64,000 nucleotides of DNA from an uncultured Phycisphaeraceae bacterium (GTDB lineage: Bacteria; Planctomycetota; Phycisphaerae; UBA1845), in assembly GCA_964495075.1 (NCBI GenBank), contig CAZBUJ010000004.1, positions 13,755-77,754 of the forward strand, written 5' to 3'. The position numbers were made by a program, and so were the translations under genes. How positions within the stretch are numbered: the first letter of the stretch is position 1; the number at the start of each line of letters is the position of its first letter. This document shows, piece by piece, positions 9,315 through 17,674 of the stretch. Under the pieces are notes generated by a model, which did no database searches, was not told the origin of the DNA, and was given only the letters and a program-made list of their open reading frames with translations.

Positions 9315-10802
9315 TCACTTGTCAGGCGGCGCTGGATTCCAGTTGGCGAGGATTCGGCATGCGTTGTCCTGTAATTGTTCGTAGGGCTCCACGGGGCCGG
9401 GGATCCGGTTGTAGAGGAACGAGAAGGCGAGCCACGTGCCGTGGTGCGTGCGGACGTACCCGCTCAGCGTGCGTACGCCGCCGATGTACCCCGTCTTGGC
9501 GAACACATGGCCTTTGAGGTCCTTCATCCGGCTCTGCAGCGTGCCTTGTTCTCCGACGGTGGACAGGCTCGCCCGGAAGACATCGCCGTGCGGATGGTTG
9601 TACATGGCAGTGAGCAGGTCGGTCAGGAGTCGCGCCGTCACGCGGTTTCGATCGCTCAGCCCCGAGCCGTCGTCCACCCGCAGTCCCCACGTGGGCACGC
9701 CGAGTTTTCGCAACTGGGCCGGAATGGCTTTCCGGGCGTCGGACCACGAGCCCGGCTCGTTGCGCCCATGAGCCAATGCCCACCGCCGGCCGATCTGTTT
9801 GGCCAGACACTCGGCGAACAGGTTCTGCGAATGGGTGTTGGTGCGCCACAGGATGTCGGCGATCGGCGTCTTATGGACGGCCAGGATCTCGCCCTGGTTC
9901 GGTCGACCGGCCGCGTCGCGCTCCACCTGCACGGCCCGGATGGTGCCGCCCCAGGTGATACCGTGCTGGGCGGCGGCGACGCGAAACGCATCGGCGAACA
10001 GCAGGCCCGGGCGGATGACCGGTTTGCTTTTCAGCGACCGTCGCCGGTCCGTCGTTCCGGTGAGGGCGTAGATGTTGCACTGGCCCAGGCGGGTGAGATT
10101 CGCTCGTTTGCCCTTGGCGCCCCGGCCGGACAGGCACATGTTGAGAATGCTGACCGAATCCGTGGCCGGCACGACGCGAAACTGCACCGCTTCCCCGTCC
10201 GCCTCCGGCCGGACGAACACGTCGATGCAGTTGTCGTTGAAGTTCAGCCCGGACACCGGGCATGCGTACCATTCGTCGAGGTCTTCGGTATCCCAGTTCG
10301 GGTGGAGCTGTATCATTTCGAAGAAGGTCGGATCGTAGCACAGGTCGCCGGCGACGTGGTGAACACCTCTCTCGGCCAGTAGGGCCGCCCACTCGTGCAG
10401 CAGCGTGCTCACCCGCCGATCAGCGCGGCGGGCCAGCCGCGGGTCGCCTGTGGCCGGGTCCCCGTTGCCCACGATGCAGATGTCATCGCCCAGTTGGACG
10501 AGGTAAGTGTCGAACGTGTGGTCGGGCCCGAACAGGTCGAGGGCCGCCGCGGTGACGACCAGCTTCATGTTGCTGGCCGGGGTGAACGGCTTGTCGGCGT
10601 TCTCGGCATACAGTTCGCGGCCGGACGGCAGTTCGACGACACGAGCGGCCACGATCGCGCCCGACTCGTCGAGTTGGTGTAGAGCCGGTGGAAGTTCCGC
10701 GGCCAGTTGCGGGTCATGCGGTGCCCACGTGCAGCCGGCTGCCGGCATCAGGGCCAGCACCACCAGCAGACGGTGATTCCGAGTTGCTGGATTCGTATTC
10801 AT
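9315..10802 (-). CDS. dacB: D-alanyl-D-alanine carboxypeptidase/endopeptidase, PBP4 (S13) type, lipoprotein
   Basis: All three PBP motifs are present: SxxK (ASNMK), SxN (HSQN) and KTG (AKTGYIGG). Start set at Met 10802, giving MNTNPATRNHRLLVVLALMPAAGC (lipobox). Confidence 0.85.
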   Translation of the reverse strand: MNTNPATRNHRLLVVLALMPAAGCTWAPHDPQLAAELPPALHQLDESGAIVAARVVELPSGRELYAENADKPFTPASNMKLVVTAAALDLFGPDHTFDTYLVQLGDDICIVGNGDPATGDPRLARRADRRVSTLLHEWAALLAERGVHHVAGDLCYDPTFFEMIQLHPNWDTEDLDEWYACPVSGLNFNDNCIDVFVRPEADGEAVQFRVVPATDSVSILNMCLSGRGAKGKRANLTRLGQCNIYALTGTTDRRRSLKSKPVIRPGLLFADAFRVAAAQHGITWGGTIRAVQVERDAAGRPNQGEILAVHKTPIADILWRTNTHSQNLFAECLAKQIGRRWALAHGRNEPGSWSDARKAIPAQLRKLGVPTWGLRVDDGSGLSDRNRVTARLLTDLLTAMYNHPHGDVFRASLSTVGEQGTLQSRMKDLKGHVFAKTGYIGGVRTLSGYVRTHHGTWLAFSFLYNRIPGPVEPYEQLQDNACRILANWNPAPPDK

Positions 10803-10887
10803 GTCGAGAGCGTACCAGCGCCGACGGGCCGTTTCCAGACGTCGTGAGCCCATTGGCCTTGGCGGCTCGCCGCGATGTCCGCCGCCC

Positions 10888-12036
10888 TCAGACCAGTCGG
10901 CGGATGACGCGCGGTCCGAGAAGCGTTGTGATTTCATAGGGGATCGTGTCGAGTTGCCGGGCGATGGCCTCGACGCTGTTGGGCGAGTTGCGATCGTTGT
11001 CGATAATGATGACCTCGTCGCCGGGAGCGATGGGGTGGCCCGCGCTGCGAAACGCGGACAGGTCGATGACGGTCTGGTCCATGCTCACGCGGCCTACCAC
11101 CGGTGCGCTGCGCCCGGCGATGATCATGCGCCCGAAGTTCGACAGTCGACGGTCGTACCCGTCCGCGTAACCGACGGGCACGAGTCCGACCAGCATGTCG
11201 TGATGGGCCTGAAACGTGCACCCGTAGCCGACATAGCTGCCGGCCGGGATTTCTTTGATCAGGGTCAGCGAACCGATCACGCGGAGGGCCGGCCGGAAGT
11301 CGGGGCGGTTCGTCATGGCGGGGCTCGCGTGGTAGCCGTACACTGAGATCCCCGGCCGAATCATGTCCAGATGGCTGCCGGGCAGGTCGATGGTGGCGGC
11401 GGAGTTGGCGGCGTGGACGATCGGCGGGCGGATGCCGCGTTCCACCAGGCGATCGACGAGGAGTTGCAGGCGGCGCAACTGCCGGCCGGCGAACGCCTTG
11501 TCATCGTCGGCGGTGGCGAAGTGCGTGTACAGACCTTCGAAGACGACGGCCGGGTGGTCGACGGCCGCGTCGATGACCTCGGCCATCGGGCCTTGGTGCA
11601 GTCCCATGCGGGACATGCCGGTATCGAGCTTGAGATGCACCCATGCCCGCCGCCCCATGGATTTCGCGGCGTCGCCGAGGGCCGCGATGTCGGCCGCCGA
11701 GGTGGCGGTGACACGAATGTCGTTCTCGACCAGCCACTGGGCCAGTTCCAGCCTGTCCGGACCGGTTCGCGCGTTGAGGACCGGGCCGAACAGAAGAATG
11801 GGCTCGTCGCACCCGAGCCGGCGCAGTTCTTCCGCCTCGCGGACGGTGGCCACCCCGAACATATCGACGCCGGCCGCGCGGAAGGCGGGCAGCAACAGCG
11901 CCATTCCATGTCCGTACGCGTTCGCCTTGACGGCCACGCACAGGCGGCAGTCGGGCGGGGCGAACGAGCGGAGCACGGCGCAATTGTGCGTCACCGCCGC
12001 CGCGTCAATCTCGGCGTAGAGCAAGTCCAGGTCCAT
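10888..12036 (-). CDS. alr: Alanine racemase
   Basis: PLP-lysine motif VAVKANAYGHG and C-terminal GYADGY...VSMD. Length is 382 aa from Met 12036 (MDLDLLYAEID...). The track's upstream extension is low-complexity. Confidence 0.9.
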   Translation of the reverse strand: MDLDLLYAEIDAAAVTHNCAVLRSFAPPDCRLCVAVKANAYGHGMALLLPAFRAAGVDMFGVATVREAEELRRLGCDEPILLFGPVLNARTGPDRLELAQWLVENDIRVTATSAADIAALGDAAKSMGRRAWVHLKLDTGMSRMGLHQGPMAEVIDAAVDHPAVVFEGLYTHFATADDDKAFAGRQLRRLQLLVDRLVERGIRPPIVHAANSAATIDLPGSHLDMIRPGISVYGYHASPAMTNRPDFRPALRVIGSLTLIKEIPAGSYVGYGCTFQAHHDMLVGLVPVGYADGYDRRLSNFGRMIIAGRSAPVVGRVSMDQTVIDLSAFRSAGHPIAPGDEVIIIDNDRNSPNSVEAIARQLDTIPYEITTLLGPRVIRRLV

Positions 12037-12105
12037 AGTCGGGTGCTCACCATCCGACGGGGAGCGCCGGGCGGGTGGTCCCGGTTGGGGGATGCGCCCG
12101 CGACC

Positions 12106-12134
12106 TTGGCACCGTACCCCGTCGCTCCCATAAT
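12106..12134 (+). promoter_or_regulatory. Sigma-70-like promoter candidate for spmA/spmB
   Basis: TTGGCA (12106-12111), a 17-nt spacer, then CATAAT (12129-12134), about 65 nt upstream of the 12200 start. Consensus match only; promoter rules for this lineage are assumed. Confidence 0.3.
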
Positions 12135-12199
12135 ACTTGCGGCGCGATCGCTCGACCAGCGTTAAAGCTCGTCCACCATTGTCAGGAGGTGTGGTGTCC

Positions 12200-13198
12200 A
12201 TGAGAGTGCTGACGGGAGTCATGCGTTACCTGCTGAACATCAACACGGTGTGGGGGCTGATGATCCTCGCCTCCTTCCTGCTGTGTCTGGTGCAGCATTT
12301 TCAGCCGACCACGACCGTCATCCCGATCTCGAAGCTGGCTGACGGGTCGAACACGATCGCGATCTGCCGGGTCGACGGCAGCGGCGGCGCCAAGCAAGTC
12401 GTCGAACGGTTCGCGTACACCCTGACCCGATCGGGGCGGGCGGTGGCGATCGCCGACGCGGACACCGAGCCCCGCAAGGACCGGCCGGGGCTGATCGACG
12501 CCACCGTCGCCGGCGATGCCGTCCACCTGACCTGGGACGCGGCCGGACACGGCGAGTTCGTGCTCGCTGTGGGTGACGTACCCGTTGCCTCGGCCAAGCT
12601 CGTGACCCTCGAGTCGATCTCCGACGCCGCCATCAACTATGCCCAGAGCGGTTTCAACATCGCCCTCGGGCTGGTGGCGACGATGGTGCTGTTTCTCGGC
12701 CTGATGCGGGTGGGGCAGGACGCGGGCATCATCCAGGTGGTGGCCCGCGTGTTCTACCCGGTCATTCGGTTCCTGTTCCCCGAGGTGCCCAGGGAGCATC
12801 CGGCGAACGGGGCGATCCTGATGAACTTCACCACGACGCTGCTGGGGCTGGGCAACGCCGCCACGCCGTTCGGCCTCAAGGCGATGAAGGAGTTACAGAG
12901 CCTGAACGACACGCCGGAGGTGGCCACCGATTCCCAGGTCATGTTTCTCGGTTACAACACGGCCGGGCTGGCGATCCTGCCGACGACGTTGCTGGCCATG
13001 CGGAAGGCGGCGGGGTGCAGTGATCCGTTCGAAGTGATCGGTACCTGTATGCTGGCGGGCGCGACGGCGACGCTGACCGCGATCATCACGTGCAAGTTGT
13101 TGACCCGACTGCCCATGTTCTCGCGAAAGGCGGCGCTGGCGGAGCATGCGCGGGATCGAGCCCGCGGCGCGGCGGGCGCCGGGGAGGTGGAGTCATGA
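12200..13198 (+). CDS. spmA: Nucleoside-recognition (Gate) domain membrane protein, SpmA-like, with a ~110-aa soluble insert
   Basis: SD AGGAGG precedes ATG 12200. N-terminus LNINTVWGLMILASFLL and distal AINYAQSGFNIALGLVATMVLFLGLMRV...LMNFTTTLLGLGNAATPFGLKAM match SpmA-type proteins. The stop overlaps the spmB start (ATGA). Confidence 0.75.
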   Translation: MRVLTGVMRYLLNINTVWGLMILASFLLCLVQHFQPTTTVIPISKLADGSNTIAICRVDGSGGAKQVVERFAYTLTRSGRAVAIADADTEPRKDRPGLIDATVAGDAVHLTWDAAGHGEFVLAVGDVPVASAKLVTLESISDAAINYAQSGFNIALGLVATMVLFLGLMRVGQDAGIIQVVARVFYPVIRFLFPEVPREHPANGAILMNFTTTLLGLGNAATPFGLKAMKELQSLNDTPEVATDSQVMFLGYNTAGLAILPTTLLAMRKAAGCSDPFEVIGTCMLAGATATLTAIITCKLLTRLPMFSRKAALAEHARDRARGAAGAGEVES

Positions 13199-13743
13199 GC
13201 GCCGAATCGACCTTCAAGCTGATCGTCGATCAGATCTCGATGCTGACGATCCCGCTGATCTTCTTCGTGATCATCGGCTACGGGATGGCGAAGCGGGTCA
13301 AGGTGTACGAGTCGTTCGTGGAGGGCGGCAAGGAAGGGTTCGACATCTTTCTGCAGATCCTGCCGTACATCGTGGCGATCTTCGTGGCGATTGGGATGTT
13401 TCGCGTGTCCGGCGCGTTGGATTGGCTTTCGTCGCGGTTGAGCCCGTTGACGAATCTCGTCGGCATGCCGTCCGAGGTGCTGCCGGTGGCCCTGATGAAA
13501 CCGCTCTCCGGGTCCGGCTCGCTCGGCCTCGTCTCGGAGATCACGGCCGCCGATCCGGACTCGTTCAACGCCCGGGTGGCGGGCACGATGTTCGGCAGCA
13601 CCGACACGACGTTTTACGTGCTGGCCTTGTACTTTGGGTCGGTGGGGATCAAGCGAATCCGCCACGCCATGGTCGTCGGGCTGTTGGCCGACCTGGCCGG
13701 CATCCTCGCCGCGGTGGGCATCTGCCACCTCGTCTTCACGTGA
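13195..13743 (+). CDS. spmB: Nucleoside-recognition domain membrane protein, SpmB-like
   Basis: KVYESFVEGGKEGFDIFLQILPYIVAIFVAIGMFRVSGALDWL...MKPLSGSGSLG...FGSTDTTFYVLALYFGSVGI is the SpmB pattern. It is coupled to spmA by an ATGA overlap at 13195-13198. Confidence 0.8.
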   Translation: MSAESTFKLIVDQISMLTIPLIFFVIIGYGMAKRVKVYESFVEGGKEGFDIFLQILPYIVAIFVAIGMFRVSGALDWLSSRLSPLTNLVGMPSEVLPVALMKPLSGSGSLGLVSEITAADPDSFNARVAGTMFGSTDTTFYVLALYFGSVGIKRIRHAMVVGLLADLAGILAAVGICHLVFT

Positions 13744-13777
13744 CGGTCGCCGTGCGGCCTGGAGGATGGCGGGCCGG

Positions 13778-15394
13778 TCACCCGCGATACCCCGGACCGC
13801 GGACGGCGCGGCCGGGTTTCGCGCCAGTGTGCTCGCCGTCCGTGAGCACCGGCACGCCGTTTACGATGACGTGCACGACACCAGTGGCGTACTGGTGCGG
13901 CGCTTTGAACGTCGCCCGGTCGGCAATGGTGTCCGGATCGAAGACGACGACATCCGCGAAATGCCCCGGCTTCAAGCGGCCGCGCCGATCCAGCCGTAGA
14001 TTGTCGGCCGGGAAGGATGTCAGCCGGCGAATCGCCTCCTCCAAGGGAATCAGTTTCTCGTCGCGTACGTACTTGCCCAGCAGCCGGGCGAAGGAACCAT
14101 AGGCCCGGGGGTGTGTGTCGCGCTTGAGAAAGACGCCTTCGGGGGCGAGCGAACGGGCGTCGGAGCAGAAGCTGATCCACGGCTGGCGGATCTTCTTGCG
14201 GATGTTGTCTTCCGACATGCAGAAGAACGCCGCCCCGACCTCGCTGTCGTCCTCGATGACGAGTGCCATCGCAGTGTCCTCCGGATCCTCGCCGCGGGCG
14301 GCGGCGGCCTCGGCGAGCGTCCGGCCGGTCAGCGTCTTGAGGTCCGGGTTCTTAAACCCGACCAGCAAGATGTTGTCCGGCGAGCCGGCGGCGAGATAGC
14401 CGTTGTCCCATTCCGTGGTGGGGGTGTTCATCTCCCGTTTCACCCGCTGCCGAACCTGCGGGTCCTTGAGCCGCTCGACCCACGCCTTGTGTCCGCCTTC
14501 CCGCACCCACGGCGGCATGGTGGCATCGAGCCCGGTCGAACTCGCGTGGTAGTTGTACATGTCGGCGGTGATGGCCAGACCCTGGCTCCGGGCCGCTTCG
14601 ATCCGCTCGAATGCGGCCTCGAGCTTGCCCCAATTGGCCTGCCCGGACGCCTTGAGGTGGTAGACTTCAGCCCGGATCCCGGACTGGCGGGCGATGGTGA
14701 TGAACTCTTCGAGCGCCTCCAGCAACCCGTCCGCCTCGTTGCGGATGTGGGAGGCGTACAGGCCGGCGTACCGCGCCGCCACCTCGCACAGGGCGATGAG
14801 CTCGGCCGTCTTCGCGTATACGGCCGGCGCGTAGATCAGGGCGGACGACACGCCGACGGCCCCTTCCTCCATGGCCCGGCTGACCAACTGCTTCATCGCG
14901 TCGAGTTCGCCCGGCGTCGGGTCACGGTTCTCGTACCCGATGACGTGAATCCGGGCGGTGGCGGCCCCGACGAACGAAGTCACGTTCGGCGACACGCCGC
15001 GGGCGACCAGGAAGTCCAGGTACTCGCCGAGCGTCGTCCACTCCACGCCGTAGCGGATGTCGCCCTGGGCCTCCACCATCTCCCGCCTCATCGACTCGTT
15101 GAGCGGGCCCATCGACCGACCCTCGCCCAGCACCTCCAGCGTCACCCCTTGGCGGATCTCGCCTTGCGATCGTCCGTCTTCGATCAGGGTTTCGTTGGCC
15201 CAGCTCAGCATGTTGATGAAGCCGGGGGCGACGGCCAGTCCGACGGCATCAATTTCGGTTCGACCGCGGGCGGTTCCCGGGTGCCCGACCGCAGAGATGA
15301 CGTCGCCGTCGACGGCGACGTCGCCCACGAGCGGGCCCGCCCCCGTGCCGTCATAGATCGTGCCGTTGCGAATGACGAGATCGTGCTGAGTCAT
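13778..15394 (-). CDS. N-acyl-D-amino-acid deacylase (D-aminoacylase) family amidohydrolase
   Basis: MTQHDLVIRNGTIYDGTG...DVAVDGDVISAVG...APGFIN, YASHIRNE, EVYHLKASG and FCSDARS follow the D-aminoacylase layout. Start at Met 15394 gives 538 aa. Confidence 0.8.
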   Translation of the reverse strand: MTQHDLVIRNGTIYDGTGAGPLVGDVAVDGDVISAVGHPGTARGRTEIDAVGLAVAPGFINMLSWANETLIEDGRSQGEIRQGVTLEVLGEGRSMGPLNESMRREMVEAQGDIRYGVEWTTLGEYLDFLVARGVSPNVTSFVGAATARIHVIGYENRDPTPGELDAMKQLVSRAMEEGAVGVSSALIYAPAVYAKTAELIALCEVAARYAGLYASHIRNEADGLLEALEEFITIARQSGIRAEVYHLKASGQANWGKLEAAFERIEAARSQGLAITADMYNYHASSTGLDATMPPWVREGGHKAWVERLKDPQVRQRVKREMNTPTTEWDNGYLAAGSPDNILLVGFKNPDLKTLTGRTLAEAAAARGEDPEDTAMALVIEDDSEVGAAFFCMSEDNIRKKIRQPWISFCSDARSLAPEGVFLKRDTHPRAYGSFARLLGKYVRDEKLIPLEEAIRRLTSFPADNLRLDRRGRLKPGHFADVVVFDPDTIADRATFKAPHQYATGVVHVIVNGVPVLTDGEHTGAKPGRAVRGPGYRG

Positions 15395-15431
15395 GTTCAG
15401 TTCCTGTCGCCGGTGGCGCGGTCGAGTGGGT

Positions 15432-16496
15432 TCAGTCGGCGGATGGCGAAGCATCGGCCGGCGCGGTAGTCGGCGGCGGGCACTGTCGGTGGTGCACCCA
15501 TTCCGCGATGCGACGTGCCATCTCCTTGACCGTATCCGATTGGCCGGACTCTGCGGCGATGCACAGGATGAACCGGACGCCGGTGTCCGGATCATCGATG
15601 TAGGCCAAATCGAGTGTGTACGTGCTGATCATGCCGCCCTTGTGGTAGAAGTGGGCGTGGGGAAACACGGTCTCGGCCGCCTCGGTCCAGGCATACGGGC
15701 CGGCCGACCGGTTCTCCAGACCCACGAGCCCGTCGCCGCCGCTCCGCACGAACCGCAGTTGCTCATCGGTCAGCCGGTACCGCTGGTCGGCTGGGATGTG
15801 TTCATGGAACATGATCCGTCGCAGGCACTCCGCCATCTCGCGAGTGGAGGTGCAGTTGCCCGTGGTCTTGTCGATGATCGTCGCCCCGCGCTGCTCGGCG
15901 TAGGAGACGCCCGACCACGTGTGTTCCACGGTGACGGTCTTGCCGTTGGGATCGAAGACGGTAATCCGTTGCGGCTCCGGCCGCTCGTAGTCGTAGGGCC
16001 GGCCGATCACGTAGTCCCGCATCAGGGCCGAGTGCGGAAACCCTCGCTCCGGGACCAGGAATCTCGTGTTGATGCGGTCGATACCCACCATCCGCAGGAG
16101 CAGGGTGTAGTTTTCATTGGACGAGCGGCGGAACACTTCGTGGATCATCTCCCGGACGGTTCGGGCCGCGTCGAGCACCCACCGGCCCTCGGTCTTGCGC
16201 TCGAAGATCACCACGCTGTCCAGGTCCATCTTCAGCTCGTTGAGGTACTCGAGGGCGGCGATCACGGTGTACACCTTGATCGTGCTGGCCGGCCAGAAGT
16301 CGACGGCGTCGGCGCTGTCGCGGTAGTGATGCCATTCGAAGGCGGGTCGCGTCTCCGGACCCGTTACGATCACGACCGACGCCCACTTCTTGATGTCCGG
16401 CGAAACGTCGGCCAGCAGTTCGTCCAGCGAGGCGGGCGCGGGCGGTGCCGCCGCCACGGATGAATACGTGAACAAGAGTCGGGCCAGCCAATGCAC
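15432..16496 (-). CDS. Class-A beta-lactamase-like serine hydrolase (secreted)
   Basis: Signal-like N-terminus. SxxK as ASTIK, SxN as SSNEN, and a KTG-like HKGG. The gene ends 37 nt upstream of the D-aminoacylase start on the same strand. Confidence 0.7.
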   Translation of the reverse strand: MHWLARLLFTYSSVAAAPPAPASLDELLADVSPDIKKWASVVIVTGPETRPAFEWHHYRDSADAVDFWPASTIKVYTVIAALEYLNELKMDLDSVVIFERKTEGRWVLDAARTVREMIHEVFRRSSNENYTLLLRMVGIDRINTRFLVPERGFPHSALMRDYVIGRPYDYERPEPQRITVFDPNGKTVTVEHTWSGVSYAEQRGATIIDKTTGNCTSTREMAECLRRIMFHEHIPADQRYRLTDEQLRFVRSGGDGLVGLENRSAGPYAWTEAAETVFPHAHFYHKGGMISTYTLDLAYIDDPDTGVRFILCIAAESGQSDTVKEMARRIAEWVHHRQCPPPTTAPADASPSAD

Positions 16497-16725
16497 GGCG
16501 CATTCCTCCTCCCCGATCGCCGATGGTCAGCGAGCGCCGCCGCGCCGAGCGATGGGCGGCGAGGCCGCGCATTACGCGTGCAGGATACACGGTGCCGTTC
16601 GGACGTCAAAGCCGCTCGGGGTACCGATCGATCCGGAAATCCGCTATTCTGTCCGCCCGGTCGCGATGCGTGGCCGGTGGGTTGAGTGGCGAGTTCAATC
16701 TCAGGGCAGGAAGGAACTCCGTCGG

Positions 16726-17586
16726 ATGATCACGGTGCGAGTCTACCAGTGGGTGAGAGTGATGGCGATCGTCGCTCTGATCGGCCCCGGTGCGTGTGCG
16801 CCGAAGGCCACGTCGCCGGCCGAGCGGGGTGCTGTGGTTCGACGGTACCCCGTTGACAGCCGGAACTTTTCGCCCGTGGACCGCTGGCTGGCCGACGCGC
16901 CGGTGGTGACGTATTCGGACACCATGCCGCTCAACCCGTACGTGCTGCATGTGATCAAGGCGTACCCCACCGACGGCTCCTATCCCTACCACTGCGACTT
17001 CAGGACGAAGGAGTACGACATTTACAACGGGGTCACGCAGGACATGTGGTACCAGGGGCGCGTGGTGGCCAAGGCCTACCCGGACGGGTCGCGGTGCAGT
17101 TACTGCTGCGGTTTTACGTTCGAGGTTTTCATCCGGGCGATGAAGCTGCGTAACGAGCAGGCCGGTCTGCCCATCGACGACTTCAACGGCATGGACTTCT
17201 ACGATTTGTTCAATCTGCTTCAGGTCTGGTACATCGAGGGGCAGGGCGACAGTCCGCAGCGGGGGATTGTCGCGTATGGCTTGGGCGAGGCGATCACCGA
17301 TTTGGAGCAGGCCCAGCCGGGCGACTTCTGCGACTTTTCACGCAACAACCGTACGGGTCATTCGGTGATCTTCCTCGGCTGGGAGCGGGACGACACCGAC
17401 AAGATCATCGGGATGCGGTATTTCTCATCCAATTCCGGTGGCGTCGGTGCGTTGACGGAGTATTTCGCCGACTGCGGCGGGAAGGTTCTGCCGAACACGG
17501 TGCGGCTGGCGCGGGTCGGCAGGATCGGCGGCTATAAGCCGTTCGATCGGACGAAGATCCCGCGCCGCAAAGCATACGGGCCGTAA
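16726..17586 (+). CDS. Lipoprotein with a divergent NlpC/P60-like Cys/His domain (paralogue of the C-terminus of CDS 375-2063)
   Basis: ATG 16726 follows GGAAGGA. Signal and lipobox VMAIVALIGPGAC. CSYCCGFTFEVF and then PGDFCDFSRNNRTGHSVIFLGW resemble the Cys and pGDlvff..gHVgiy motifs of papain-fold cell-wall peptidases. Confidence 0.6.
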   Translation: MITVRVYQWVRVMAIVALIGPGACAPKATSPAERGAVVRRYPVDSRNFSPVDRWLADAPVVTYSDTMPLNPYVLHVIKAYPTDGSYPYHCDFRTKEYDIYNGVTQDMWYQGRVVAKAYPDGSRCSYCCGFTFEVFIRAMKLRNEQAGLPIDDFNGMDFYDLFNLLQVWYIEGQGDSPQRGIVAYGLGEAITDLEQAQPGDFCDFSRNNRTGHSVIFLGWERDDTDKIIGMRYFSSNSGGVGALTEYFADCGGKVLPNTVRLARVGRIGGYKPFDRTKIPRRKAYGP

Positions 17587-17614
17587 GCGGCCGGGCATCG
17601 CCGGCGCATCAGAA

Positions 17615-17644
17615 GGGGCGCCCCAGCGGCCGGCCGGGGCGCCC
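17615..17644. terminator. GC-rich hairpin between convergent genes (possible bidirectional terminator)
   Basis: GGGCGCCCC (17616-17624) pairs with GGGGCGCCC (17636-17644) across an 11-nt loop. It sits between stops at 17586 (+) and 17675 (-). There is no U-tract. Confidence 0.35.
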
Positions 17645-17674
17645 GAGCCGATGTCGTGTGATCGGTGGGGTCTA

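Noticed and set aside
12200-13743. The spmA/spmB homologues as evidence of sporulation capacity.
   Set aside because: No other sporulation genes are in the window and the lineage markers point away from Firmicutes. The Gate-domain family is broadly distributed.
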